Positions 18,542-27,935 of a stretch of 64,000 nt of DNA are shown piece after piece. The number at the start of each line of letters is the position of its first letter. Positions within the stretch are counted from its first letter, which is position 1. The position numbers and the translations under genes are program-made. Origin of the DNA: Methanothrix sp. Lineage in GTDB: Archaea > Halobacteriota > Methanosarcinia > Methanotrichales > Methanotrichaceae. Below the pieces are notes generated by a model. The model saw only the letters and a program-made list of their open reading frames with translations. It had not been told where the DNA came from and did not search any database. The stretch lies in NCBI GenBank assembly GCA_963682135.1, contig OY821645.1, positions 2,528,001 through 2,592,000 on the forward strand, written 5' to 3'.

Positions 18542-20098
18542 TCAAACGAAGATCATCTTGTTCAAAGCTATGGGAACTCCGCTTCCCACACCGCCATAGG
18601 TGTAGTAGTAGTTGACCTTGTTATCGGATGCCCAGAAGGAGTCCGCATAGTAGAGTGGTAGAGCAGGCAGATCCTGGGATATCAGCTCCTGAGCCGATTT
18701 CACCAGATCCATTCTCTTGGCAGGGTCCATCTCCTCCAACTGGCTTTCCAACAGATCATTCAGCGTCTTGTCTTCATCGTAGCGGGCGCTGTTGAAGCTC
18801 TTTTGATCCAGAATAAGCTTGTTTAAGATTGCCGGATCGCCACCCAGACCGCCGTGACTGTTCATAGTAAGATCGAACTGCCAGGCAAGAACAAGGCTGT
18901 CGAGTGTCTTGGCATCGACGGTGCGCAGGTTGACTAGGATCCCGGCGGCATCAAGCTGCTTGGCAACAAGCTCACCTTGCCTTTCAGTGGTGGCGGTGGC
19001 CAAAAGTTCGATGGTCAGAGGTTCGCCGGCTTTTGAGTAATACTGGCTGCCATCTTTCTTCTCGTATCCCAGTTCTTCGAGAAGCTGACCGGCCTTTGCC
19101 GGATCGAAGGAATACTCCTTCTGATCAGCATTGTACCACTGGTTATCTGAGGCGTATAGACCGGGGCAACCTTCCAGGGCGTAGCCGCGAAGGCCCGTCT
19201 CCACCAACTCCTCGCGGTCGATGGCATAGTAGAGAGCCTGGCGGAACTTGATATCCGAGAATGGAGCCTTCATATGGTTGACCATGATCTTGACCACCGA
19301 GTCATGAGTGCTCTTCACCACCTCAAAGCCCTTATTCTCCAGACCATCCACGGTCTCGCCGGGAACAGTCGCCGCGTCCACATCGCCTTTCTCAAGAGCT
19401 GCAGCCGACATCTCCAGGCTGACCTTCACAAACTTGATCTGCTTTACCTTCGGGGCTTCCTGGTAATATTTCTCATTGGCCTCGTAAAGGTATGTTCCCT
19501 GCGTCTTGTCGTAATTGACCAGCTTGAAGGGTCCTGTGCCGATCAGCGCCGAGTCGTCATTAAAATTGGCCGGATCGCTCACATCCTTGTAGATATGCTC
19601 GGGCAGGATTGGCAAGGTGCCGGCCAACTGGTCAAGGAAAGGCGCATAGTCCTTCTTGAGGGTGATCTTGACGGTGCTGTCATCGATGTCCTCTGCCCCC
19701 TCGACAATGCTCGAGTCTACCCATTGGTAGGGATGGTCCTGGATGTACTGCACCGTAAAAGCGACATCTTGGGCAGTGAAAGGCTGGCCGTCGTTCCAGG
19801 TCACGCCCGAGCGCAGGTGGAAGAGATAGGCCTTCTCATCGGGCAAGAACTCCCACTTCTCAGCGAGAGCCGACACGAACCCGTTTTCGTCTTTCCAGAG
19901 CAAGGTATCAAAGATCAGACTCATGCGGATGTAGCCCGGGCCGCGCGAGTAGTGGCCGTAGGGCGAGGGAAAGCCCCAGTCGCCTGTGGCATCCGCAATG
20001 GTGAGCACGTCTACGGTTTCATCCGCCGCCTGTGCGCTGCAGAGGACAAGTAGCAGCAAGCAGGCAGCGGCAAAGCCGAGCAGGGGGAGGCGGCTCAT
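18542..20098 (-). CDS. ABC transporter substrate-binding protein (peptide/nickel family 5)
   Basis: Signal peptide, LAEKWE, WNDGQPFTAQDVAFT, IGTGPF, RQALYYAIDR; GGAGG upstream of ATG 20098. Confidence 0.93.
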   Translation of the reverse strand: MSRLPLLGFAAACLLLLVLCSAQAADETVDVLTIADATGDWGFPSPYGHYSRGPGYIRMSLIFDTLLWKDENGFVSALAEKWEFLPDEKAYLFHLRSGVTWNDGQPFTAQDVAFTVQYIQDHPYQWVDSSIVEGAEDIDDSTVKITLKKDYAPFLDQLAGTLPILPEHIYKDVSDPANFNDDSALIGTGPFKLVNYDKTQGTYLYEANEKYYQEAPKVKQIKFVKVSLEMSAAALEKGDVDAATVPGETVDGLENKGFEVVKSTHDSVVKIMVNHMKAPFSDIKFRQALYYAIDREELVETGLRGYALEGCPGLYASDNQWYNADQKEYSFDPAKAGQLLEELGYEKKDGSQYYSKAGEPLTIELLATATTERQGELVAKQLDAAGILVNLRTVDAKTLDSLVLAWQFDLTMNSHGGLGGDPAILNKLILDQKSFNSARYDEDKTLNDLLESQLEEMDPAKRMDLVKSAQELISQDLPALPLYYADSFWASDNKVNYYYTYGGVGSGVPIALNKMIFV

Positions 20099-20407
20099 GA
20101 GAGGGGCCTCCGGGTATGGCAAATGTCAATTTTTTTGTGCATATTAAATTCTCCTATTATTGGTAGATAGAAAGGCTTATTTTAAGAACTTTTCTAGTTA
20201 TAGTATGATTAAAGGATTAATTAGTTGATAGTAACTCGTGTTAATTAGCAATTGTCCAGAGAAAAAGAAGAATTTCAGGGCAAGGGACTCTAGAGGCAGC
20301 AAAGAGTCGTAAATCTCTGGAGTGACCAAAGTTGAACGCCCCGGGAATTGCTATGTCCAAGCTACTTGCCCTAGTACCTCAAGGAATGGCTGGCCCTTAC
20401 TTGCTCA

Positions 20408-21283
20408 CTACAGACTCGGGTCTTTCTCCCACCACATCTTGACCCGGATCGACGATCCGGGCATCACCAGCGCCCCATCCACCTCCCGCAAAGCTGTCTG
20501 CAAGTATTCCTGCAATATCGTCTTCTGCTCCGCCGTCTCCGCCTGAGCCTGGGGGGCGAGCGTTTGCATGGCCTCATCCAGATTCGAGTACCTCTGATTA
20601 TGCTCCAGCGGGAAGGTCATGACATTCGGATAGATGCCCATCTGGTAGAGGACATTGTAGAGCACATCGCTCTTGGGGCCTGGGCAGTAAGCCCGCCCGT
20701 GCAGCTTCTGCCACAGCTCCTGCCACTGCATGTCCCACGAGGTCGGCCCGGCAAAGTGATAGAGATATACATACCGAGAGGATGCCTGCTGCATCTTCTC
20801 TATGGCTGATCGGATGTCTTGCATGCCTAAAGAGAAAGAGGCGATCACGACATCGTAAGGTGCTGCCAGGTCGGCGGCCACATCCACGTCCTCCCAGCGC
20901 TTCTGCACAATGTCGATGTTGCTCGCCCCATACTCAGCCATCTTCTCTCGCATCACGCTGCGCATGCCCTCCGCCGGTTCCACGGCGGTGACGTGGGCCA
21001 CCTTTTGGGCGAAGGGAATGGCCAGAGTACCAGGCCCGGCTCCGATGTCCAGGATGCGGGAATCTGCGGTTATATCCGTTCCCCGGATGACCGCCTCCGT
21101 TCTATGATAATTCGTCTGACACATATTCCAGAAGCGCAGCGCGCTCTCTCGGCTCTCCCAGATACGAGCGCAATCCCGTCCGGGACTGGACGCACGGTTG
21201 CCCTTCGTTTGGCTCTTCCAGACCTCGTTCCAGTCGATGTCCAACAATGGATCTATCATGTTAACAGCCTCACAGCTTCTCAT
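20408..21283 (-). CDS. Class I SAM-dependent methyltransferase
   Basis: ILDIGAGPGTL, VTAVEP, YDVVIASFSL. Confidence 0.9.
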   Translation of the reverse strand: MRSCEAVNMIDPLLDIDWNEVWKSQTKGNRASSPGRDCARIWESRESALRFWNMCQTNYHRTEAVIRGTDITADSRILDIGAGPGTLAIPFAQKVAHVTAVEPAEGMRSVMREKMAEYGASNIDIVQKRWEDVDVAADLAAPYDVVIASFSLGMQDIRSAIEKMQQASSRYVYLYHFAGPTSWDMQWQELWQKLHGRAYCPGPKSDVLYNVLYQMGIYPNVMTFPLEHNQRYSNLDEAMQTLAPQAQAETAEQKTILQEYLQTALREVDGALVMPGSSIRVKMWWEKDPSL

Positions 21284-21287
21284 TCTT

Positions 21288-21821
21288 TCAGCATTGGGGC
21301 GTTACCGGTCCGGCCGCATATTTGTCGCTCTTTCCTGTGAAGACGGGGCGGACAAATTGCATCCCATTCGCTTCTGAGAAGAACCGGTCGTCCGCCTCCA
21401 GGTGCACCACCTTACCGACGATGAGCACATATTTCTCCCTGGCAATCTCCTCCTCAAGGGTGCACTCCGTCCAGGCCAGGCAGCCCTCGATGCCGGGAGG
21501 TTTAACGGCAAAGCTGTTCCGGGGCACGAGGCCCGCCTTCTCCAGCTCATCCACCTCAGGAGGAAAGTTCTTGGCGCAGATCATGACCGCCTCCTCCATG
21601 CCAGCCGGGGGCACGTTGATCACGAACTCCCCGGTCTGGCGGATGTTTTCCAGGGTATCCCTCTCGGGCCAGGAGGCGATTAATATCTCGTCGAGTGGCC
21701 GGAGCACAGGCGTTACGCAAGACCATGGTGCTGCATTGTAGATATCGCTGCGGGAGATCGTAGATATGAGCACTACCGGAAGGGGCATGATCTGGCCCCT
21801 TTGGCTTGGCTTGAGGATCAT
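21288..21821 (-). CDS. Flavin reductase-like FMN-binding protein (copy with C-terminal in-frame deletion)
   Basis: PLPVVLIST, NAAPWS, DTLENIRQTGEFVIN, CLAWTEC; lacks about 16 residues present in the 22777-23373 paralog. Confidence 0.8.
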   Translation of the reverse strand: MILKPSQRGQIMPLPVVLISTISRSDIYNAAPWSCVTPVLRPLDEILIASWPERDTLENIRQTGEFVINVPPAGMEEAVMICAKNFPPEVDELEKAGLVPRNSFAVKPPGIEGCLAWTECTLEEEIAREKYVLIVGKVVHLEADDRFFSEANGMQFVRPVFTGKSDKYAAGPVTPQC

Positions 21822-21850
21822 TCTTCTACCACCATATTCCTTCAGAATCA

Positions 21851-22597
21851 CTATGCTAGAAGTCGGTCCACGATATCTTTCATCTCTTTGATCTCCGGCA
21901 CTTTTTCGCCTTTCAAGCAGGCTTTGAATACACCCGTATCAAAGGGAAGAGTGCCCACGATTCTCTCCTTATCTACCAGATCCCTCAGCTCCAAAGCGTC
22001 CTCATTCATCCGGTTGAGTACAAAGTAGACCGGCTTATTGATCTTGGCTCCCATCTCCATGATCTTCTGAGATAGCTGCACCGACTCGAAGCTAGGGTCT
22101 ATTACTACTACTATCTTGTCGCAGCCCGCCTCCACGCCTCTGCCAAAGTGCTCGATGCCGGCGTCCGTATCCACAATCACCTGCATGCCGTCGGCCTTCA
22201 GCTTCTGGATAAACTCCCGGGCCAGAGCGCCCATGGGACAGGCACAGCCTTCGCCAAAGTCATGAATCTTGCCTATGGCCACCAGCTTGATGCCATCCTC
22301 GCCTACAATCAGCTCCGCAGGAATATCCTCCAGTGAGAAATCCTCCAGAATGCTCAGCTTCTCTTTGCCTTCCGATCTCATGAATTTCCTCATCCTCTCC
22401 CCAAGTCCCTTCTTGCCGCCAACACTTTCCATGAAGTCCTTGGGCTGCTCAAGGCCAAGATGCTTGTAAAGCCCGAAGTTGGATTCATCAGTGTCTACCA
22501 CGAGCACCCTATCTCCCCTGGTCGTCATCTCCCGGGCCATCAAAGCCGAGACCGTGCTCTTTCCGCATCCACCCTTGCCACAGATTACTAATTTCAT
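21851..22597 (-). CDS. cooC: CooC/AcsF-type nickel-insertion ATPase
   Basis: GKGGCGKST deviant Walker A, GEGCACPM (CxC Ni site), DTDAGIEHFGRG. Confidence 0.9.
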   Translation of the reverse strand: MKLVICGKGGCGKSTVSALMAREMTTRGDRVLVVDTDESNFGLYKHLGLEQPKDFMESVGGKKGLGERMRKFMRSEGKEKLSILEDFSLEDIPAELIVGEDGIKLVAIGKIHDFGEGCACPMGALAREFIQKLKADGMQVIVDTDAGIEHFGRGVEAGCDKIVVVIDPSFESVQLSQKIMEMGAKINKPVYFVLNRMNEDALELRDLVDKERIVGTLPFDTGVFKACLKGEKVPEIKEMKDIVDRLLA

Positions 22598-22776
22598 CTT
22601 TTTTAGCCTCCTAACAAGATAAAGATAAGCAGATATAATTTTGCATTATCATCTGGAGCGACATGTAGCATTTTATCTTAAAAGACTTTACGGTAGTAAT
22701 ATTAAGTAGGATATCTGCAAAATAAATAGAAAAATTAGAACTTCTAATGCAGCCGCTATGCATGATGTCTGATTAT

Positions 22777-23373
22777 TTACGGCCTTTGCGGTGCATGAGA
22801 GTTCAGGAACATCTCCCTGTAATCGGCATACCTGCCGGAAAAAGCCGGATATGTGAAGCTCATGCCGTCTTTGCCCAGCATTGCCGATAGTGGCTTTGCC
22901 CTTTGAAAGTCCATGCTTCCATCTGCATTGAAGAACCGGTCATCGGCCTCCAGATGCACCACCCGGCCTACGATGAGCACGAACTTTTCCCTGGCCAGCT
23001 CTTCTTCCAGGACGCACTCCGCCCAGGCCAGGCATCCTTCGATTCCTGGAGCACTGACCTTCGCAGATGGCCGGGATTTGAGCCCCGCTTCTAAGAACTC
23101 GTCCTCCTCTGGAGGATAATTCCGGGCGCAGATCATAATCGCATCTTCCATGCCTACAGGCGGAATATTCACCACGAACTCTCCCGTCTGACGGATGTTT
23201 TCCAGGGTGTCTCGCTTGATCCAGGAAGCGAGGACAACCTCCTCCAGAGGGCGTAGAACTGGCGTGAAATTTGACCACGGGGCTGCATTTCTCACTCCAT
23301 CTTTCGAGACGGTGGAGATGAGCACTACGGGAAGAGGGAGGATGTTCTCCCTCTGATTGGGTTTTAGTATCAT
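22777..23373 (-). CDS. Flavin reductase-like FMN-binding protein
   Basis: PLPVVLIST, NAAPWS, DTLENIRQTGEFVVN, CLAWAEC. Confidence 0.9.
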   Translation of the reverse strand: MILKPNQRENILPLPVVLISTVSKDGVRNAAPWSNFTPVLRPLEEVVLASWIKRDTLENIRQTGEFVVNIPPVGMEDAIMICARNYPPEEDEFLEAGLKSRPSAKVSAPGIEGCLAWAECVLEEELAREKFVLIVGRVVHLEADDRFFNADGSMDFQRAKPLSAMLGKDGMSFTYPAFSGRYADYREMFLNSHAPQRP

Positions 23374-23396
23374 GGCATCCTCTTTGCAGTATTACT

Positions 23397-24420
23397 TCAC
23401 TTTACAAAGGACAGCTTGTTTTGAGCGATGGGTATGCCATTGGCAATTCCCTGCTTGGTGTAGTACATATCTACCCTGTCGTCATGAGCCCAGTATGAAT
23501 CCGAATAGTAGAGAGGCAAGGCGGGCAGATCCTGGGCATAGACCGTCTGGACCTCATTTACCAGCTCTTTTCGCTTGTCTGGGTCCATCTCCGAGACCTC
23601 CTGGCTCAAAAGATCATCAAGTCTCTGGTCAGCTGTGTAGCGGGCACTGTTGAAAGTGTATCCTTCACCAATGATCCTGTTAAGGATCTCGGGATCGCCA
23701 CCCATTCCACCATGGCCGTTTAGAGCCAGGTCGAAGTTCCACTCACCAACCAGACTGTCCAGGGTCTTGGAGTCAACGCTTTTCAATGTTACCTTGAATC
23801 CGGCCTGCTCCAGATACTGTCTAATCAGCTCCCCTGCACGCTCGTTTGCAGATGTGACCAGCATCTCCATCTCCAGAGGCCGGCCATCTTTGGAGAAGTA
23901 TTGACCATCTTTGGTGTAGCCCAACTCACCGAGAAGCTCACCAGTCTTTGCCGGGTCGTAAGCATACTCCTCCACATGGGGATTATACCATTCGCTGTCC
24001 GGGGCAAAGAGGCCGGGGCTAGCGATGATGCCGTAGCTGCGCAAGGCTGTATCGACAAGAGCCTGCCTATCAATGGCATAATAAAGGGCCTGCCTTAACC
24101 TGACATCGGTGAAGGGCTTCTTCTTATGGTTGACCATGATTTTGGTGATGCCGTCGTGGGACCCCAACAGAATCGCAAATCCTTTGCCCTTCAGGCTATC
24201 GGCCATCTCCGGCGGCACGCCGGCCGCGTCAACATCGCCATTCTCCAGAGCAGTGGCTGACATCTCACTGCTGACCTTCACGAACTTGAGCTGTTTGACT
24301 TTGGGAGCACCCAAGTAGTAGTGATGTGCTGCATAATAACAGGAACATCAAGCCTGCAACTGCAAATCGAGAAAGAAGGATTTGCCTCCGTCCCATGTTT
24401 GCGCCATTTTTTCCTGGCAT
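23397..24420 (-). pseudogene. Second family-5 substrate-binding protein, internally deleted
   Basis: GGAG then ATG 24420 gives a signal peptide (MPGKNGANMGRRQILLSRFAVAGLMFLLLCST) joined out of frame to YYLGAPKVKQLKF..., which matches only the C-terminal ~300 aa of the 18542-20098 paralog. Confidence 0.85.
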
Positions 24421-24522
24421 CTAAATTTCTCCTGAATTAATATTTTGCAATTTTGCGGCAGAGAAAAAATAGGCAGACGCCTCAAGGCAGTCCGCCTATG
24501 GTGGCCGATTTTATCTCATGGC

Positions 24523-25623
24523 TTACATCACGCCGGCAACCTTGAGAGGATGCATGCCTGCATTCTGCATCTGGGCCAGCATCACGGCATCTACCTTGAA
24601 CTCTTTGAGCACAGTTATGAAGGCCTCAGGGTTATCCGCATAGTCCATGAGCACAACATCCTGGTACAGCTTGGACCCCCAGGCCGGCCCTTTCCAGGTG
24701 GGCAGAGCCACTGCACTGAAGTTATAGGCAAGAGCCAGAGCATCGCCCGACTTTGCGGTATCATTCCAGCGGATGTAAATTCCGGCAATATTGGGCACTG
24801 CCTTCTTTTCTGCATCCGTCAGGGCCATGACAAACATGCCGCTCTTTCCAGGAGTAGCATCCCAGCGCATCTGGAAGAGATCTTCCTTACACCAGTTGGG
24901 GCAGGAGATGACCTTGTAGCTCTCTGTGGTGATGTTGTTGATGGGCAGCTTCTCCTCTACGAACGTGGCCAGGAACTGGCCGCTGGTAACGCCCGGACAG
25001 AGATGATCATGGAAGCAGGTGGCCTGTATGAAGTCAAAAGATCCTCCCCGCGCCCAGACATTGGAGATGCCTGCCAACGAGAATTCATTGCCGGCGAAGG
25101 CCTTGCCGTTAAATGTGGCGTTGCCCTCATCGGTATGGTTCCTCAGATAATCGATATCCACATTGCCCTTGGAGATCTTGCTGAATACCTGATCATCCGG
25201 GAGAGCCTTGAACTCCTCCAGGCTGCTGTTTAAAGCCTTGCTGTTCGCCTGCATGAATACTGCCTCTCCATCTGCCTTATCAAAGAAGTAGAACCAGACA
25301 GGCTTCCAGTAGGGGCGCAGAACCTGGAAGAGGTTTGCGTCGCCTATGCTATTTCCGCTCTCAGCCATCAGTCCTTTGATTGCGCCCTGAGTCGTCTGGC
25401 CGTTGACGATAGCATGTCCGGCGCTGGTCAGTATGAGAACATTTGCATCTGCTTTCTCGACCTTCAGATCTTGCATGGCAGTCTTGGCTGCCTTGGAGCC
25501 CAGCTCCTCCATAACCGCATTGTCCGCCAGGGCCAATCCTGGAAGCAATGCCAGGAGAAGGACCATGGTGATTAACTCGCATTTAGTATTCGTTTGAATT
25601 CCTCCGTTAATTCCAAGCATCAT
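24523..25623 (-). CDS. Secreted FmdE-family protein
   Basis: Hydrophobic signal (MVLLLALLPGLALA), FHDHLCPG metal motif, WCKED...DATPGK. Confidence 0.85.
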   Translation of the reverse strand: MMLGINGGIQTNTKCELITMVLLLALLPGLALADNAVMEELGSKAAKTAMQDLKVEKADANVLILTSAGHAIVNGQTTQGAIKGLMAESGNSIGDANLFQVLRPYWKPVWFYFFDKADGEAVFMQANSKALNSSLEEFKALPDDQVFSKISKGNVDIDYLRNHTDEGNATFNGKAFAGNEFSLAGISNVWARGGSFDFIQATCFHDHLCPGVTSGQFLATFVEEKLPINNITTESYKVISCPNWCKEDLFQMRWDATPGKSGMFVMALTDAEKKAVPNIAGIYIRWNDTAKSGDALALAYNFSAVALPTWKGPAWGSKLYQDVVLMDYADNPEAFITVLKEFKVDAVMLAQMQNAGMHPLKVAGVM

Positions 25624-25744
25624 GTATATCTATATTTAAGATTTTCTCTTTAATTTGTATTACTGAAATTGTGTATATAATCATTATCGTCATATTAACT
25701 ATATCATTATCTTTTTTAATATAATTTGAATTTTTAGTTTATTA

Positions 25745-25772
25745 GTATGATTCCAACGTAACTGACTCAAAT
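25745..25772. promoter_or_regulatory. Putative NikR operator in divergent promoter
   Basis: GTATGA-N16-TCAAAT compared with the E. coli NikR operator GTATGA-N16-TCATAC; lies between divergent metal-uptake units near nikR. Confidence 0.4.
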
Positions 25773-25913
25773 CAAACAGGTTAATATAAAAAATTAATAA
25801 CGAAAAGTCTTAAATATAGCAGATTATTTAACACAAATAAAGTAGGATATATTTGAGATATGCTACACAAACAGCATGTGGATCTATAATATAAAATAAT
25901 TGGAGAGGAATGA

Positions 25914-27053
25914 ATGCATAAATGCAATTGGATGAATAGGACGATGCTAGCATTATTGATATGCTCGGTATTATTTACCAGCATCACGGCGATGGCATCT
26001 TACCCCAAGACATTTACCGATACACAAGGCAGAGAAATCACATTGGATAAAGCTGTAGAGAGGATAGTCACCCGATCTCCGGATGAAGCCAGGATTGTGG
26101 TTGCCCTGGGCTACGGCGATAAGCTGGTGGCAGGAGAGCAGGCCACCAAGTCCTGCCTCTGTCCCATGACCTTCGACAACACAACTGAAGGGTGCAAAGG
26201 ATGTTACGAGACCATCATCGATGGTCGCATGCCCGACCTACCCGAGATCAGCACCAGATACGACATATATTTTGAGCAGATAGCCGCACTCAAGCCGGAT
26301 ATAATCTTTTGCGGAAATTTGAAAGATGCCGAAGCTTTTGAGGATAAGATCGGCTGCCCAGTGGTGGTGCTGGGCGGACAGGGCTGGAATTTTGGTGATG
26401 ACGGATACTTCAACAGCATCCGCGTAGCCGGGAAGGCTCTGGATGTGGAAAGCAAGTCCGATGAGTTGATTGCCTTTGTCAAGGGCAAAGTGGACATGGT
26501 AAAATCAGTAACGGATAGCAAAAAACCGGAAGATAAGCCCACGGTCTACTTCGCCTCCCGAGGCGCAAGCAACGCCTTTTATGATCCCAAAGAGGGCAGG
26601 GACTTCACTCGCACTGAGCCCAAATATGATCCCCTGACTATGGCTGGCGGCATCAACGCAGCCTCCGAGATCAACGGTTCGACGGTCAATGTAGCTTTGG
26701 AGCAGATCATCGCCTGGAATCCAGATTTCATTTTCATTTCCAATAGCGATGCAGGAAACAACACCGGCCTGGATTTCATTAAAAACAGCTCCGAACTGGC
26801 CTCTATTAACGCCATAAAAAACGACAATGTCTACAATTGCTTTTATCCCCACTGCCGGGGCACTCCTCCCGACAGAAACCTATTGAACATGTTATACATG
26901 GCCAAGATGCTTTATCCGGATGATTTCAAAGATCTCGATCTGGAAAAAGAGGGCAATGAAATATTCAAGGCCTTCTTGGGCGTGGACGGCGTCTTTACCG
27001 AATATGCAGACTATTTGGTCTGGCCCAGAGAGTACCTGGACAGCCTGAAGTAG
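25914..27053 (+). CDS. ABC transporter substrate-binding protein (Fe-siderophore/cobalamin class III)
   Basis: Signal peptide, TDTQGREIT, EQIAALKPD, LEQIIAWNPDFI, INAIKNDNVY. Confidence 0.92.
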   Translation: MHKCNWMNRTMLALLICSVLFTSITAMASYPKTFTDTQGREITLDKAVERIVTRSPDEARIVVALGYGDKLVAGEQATKSCLCPMTFDNTTEGCKGCYETIIDGRMPDLPEISTRYDIYFEQIAALKPDIIFCGNLKDAEAFEDKIGCPVVVLGGQGWNFGDDGYFNSIRVAGKALDVESKSDELIAFVKGKVDMVKSVTDSKKPEDKPTVYFASRGASNAFYDPKEGRDFTRTEPKYDPLTMAGGINAASEINGSTVNVALEQIIAWNPDFIFISNSDAGNNTGLDFIKNSSELASINAIKNDNVYNCFYPHCRGTPPDRNLLNMLYMAKMLYPDDFKDLDLEKEGNEIFKAFLGVDGVFTEYADYLVWPREYLDSLK

Positions 27054-27064
27054 GAGACGAGACC

Positions 27065-27922
27065 ATGCCGGGAATTATTAATTGGGACGAACTGTGGAAG
27101 GCCACCCATGCGGGTGGCTTTCAGCACCACGGCAAAGACCTGGCTGCCCACTGGGACAGCCGGGCCAGGCTGTTCAATAAACGAGTCATGAAGAACAAGG
27201 CGAGGTCGAACAGCCAGGCGGCGCTCCTCGGTCTTACCTCCTGCGAGACGGTGCTGGATGTGGGAGCCGGCACAGGCAGACTGGCTTTGCCCATGGCCCG
27301 CCTGGCCAAAAGCGTGACTGCTCTTGATCAATCGGCAGGAATGCTCACCTGTCTGCAGGAGAATATGGCAGAAGAGGGCCTAGAGAACATCCGCTGCATC
27401 CAGAAGAGCTGGCAGGACATAATTCCCGGAGAGCTGCAGCCGCACGATGTGGTGCTCTCGTCCAACTCCCTGGGCGTCTACGATCTAAAAGAGGCCCTGA
27501 GCAAGATGGATGCCCTGGCCAAAAGAGCGGTCTACATATTCACCTTTTCCGACGGCAAGAGAGATGACGGCTTTAGACAGTTCCTGAGAGAAGGCAAAGA
27601 AGGCGGAGATGGAGGACATGGCCGGCACAAAAGGCATGAGGCGGGTCCGGCTGGCTATCTTGTTATCTACAATCTGCTCGCGGATATGGGTATTCTCGCC
27701 GACATCAAGTTCATGAATTGGCAGTCTGATGAGCATTACGCCAGCCTTGATGAAGCCGTGGCCGAGTGGAAGCAGATGCATGAGGTGCCCGACGAAAAGG
27801 AGCCACAGCTGCGGGAGTTTCTCTCGCTCAGGCTGGTCAAAGATGAAACGGGACTGTGCATGCATCGCAGCCATAAGCAGGTCTTGATCTCCTGGCAGAA
27901 AGACAGGCCCCTACCGGCCTGA
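27065..27922 (+). CDS. Class I SAM-dependent methyltransferase
   Basis: VLDVGAGTGRL, VTALDQS, HDVVLSSNSL; same family as 20408-21283. Confidence 0.9.
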   Translation: MPGIINWDELWKATHAGGFQHHGKDLAAHWDSRARLFNKRVMKNKARSNSQAALLGLTSCETVLDVGAGTGRLALPMARLAKSVTALDQSAGMLTCLQENMAEEGLENIRCIQKSWQDIIPGELQPHDVVLSSNSLGVYDLKEALSKMDALAKRAVYIFTFSDGKRDDGFRQFLREGKEGGDGGHGRHKRHEAGPAGYLVIYNLLADMGILADIKFMNWQSDEHYASLDEAVAEWKQMHEVPDEKEPQLREFLSLRLVKDETGLCMHRSHKQVLISWQKDRPLPA

Positions 27923-27935
27923 GGAGGATGCAAAA

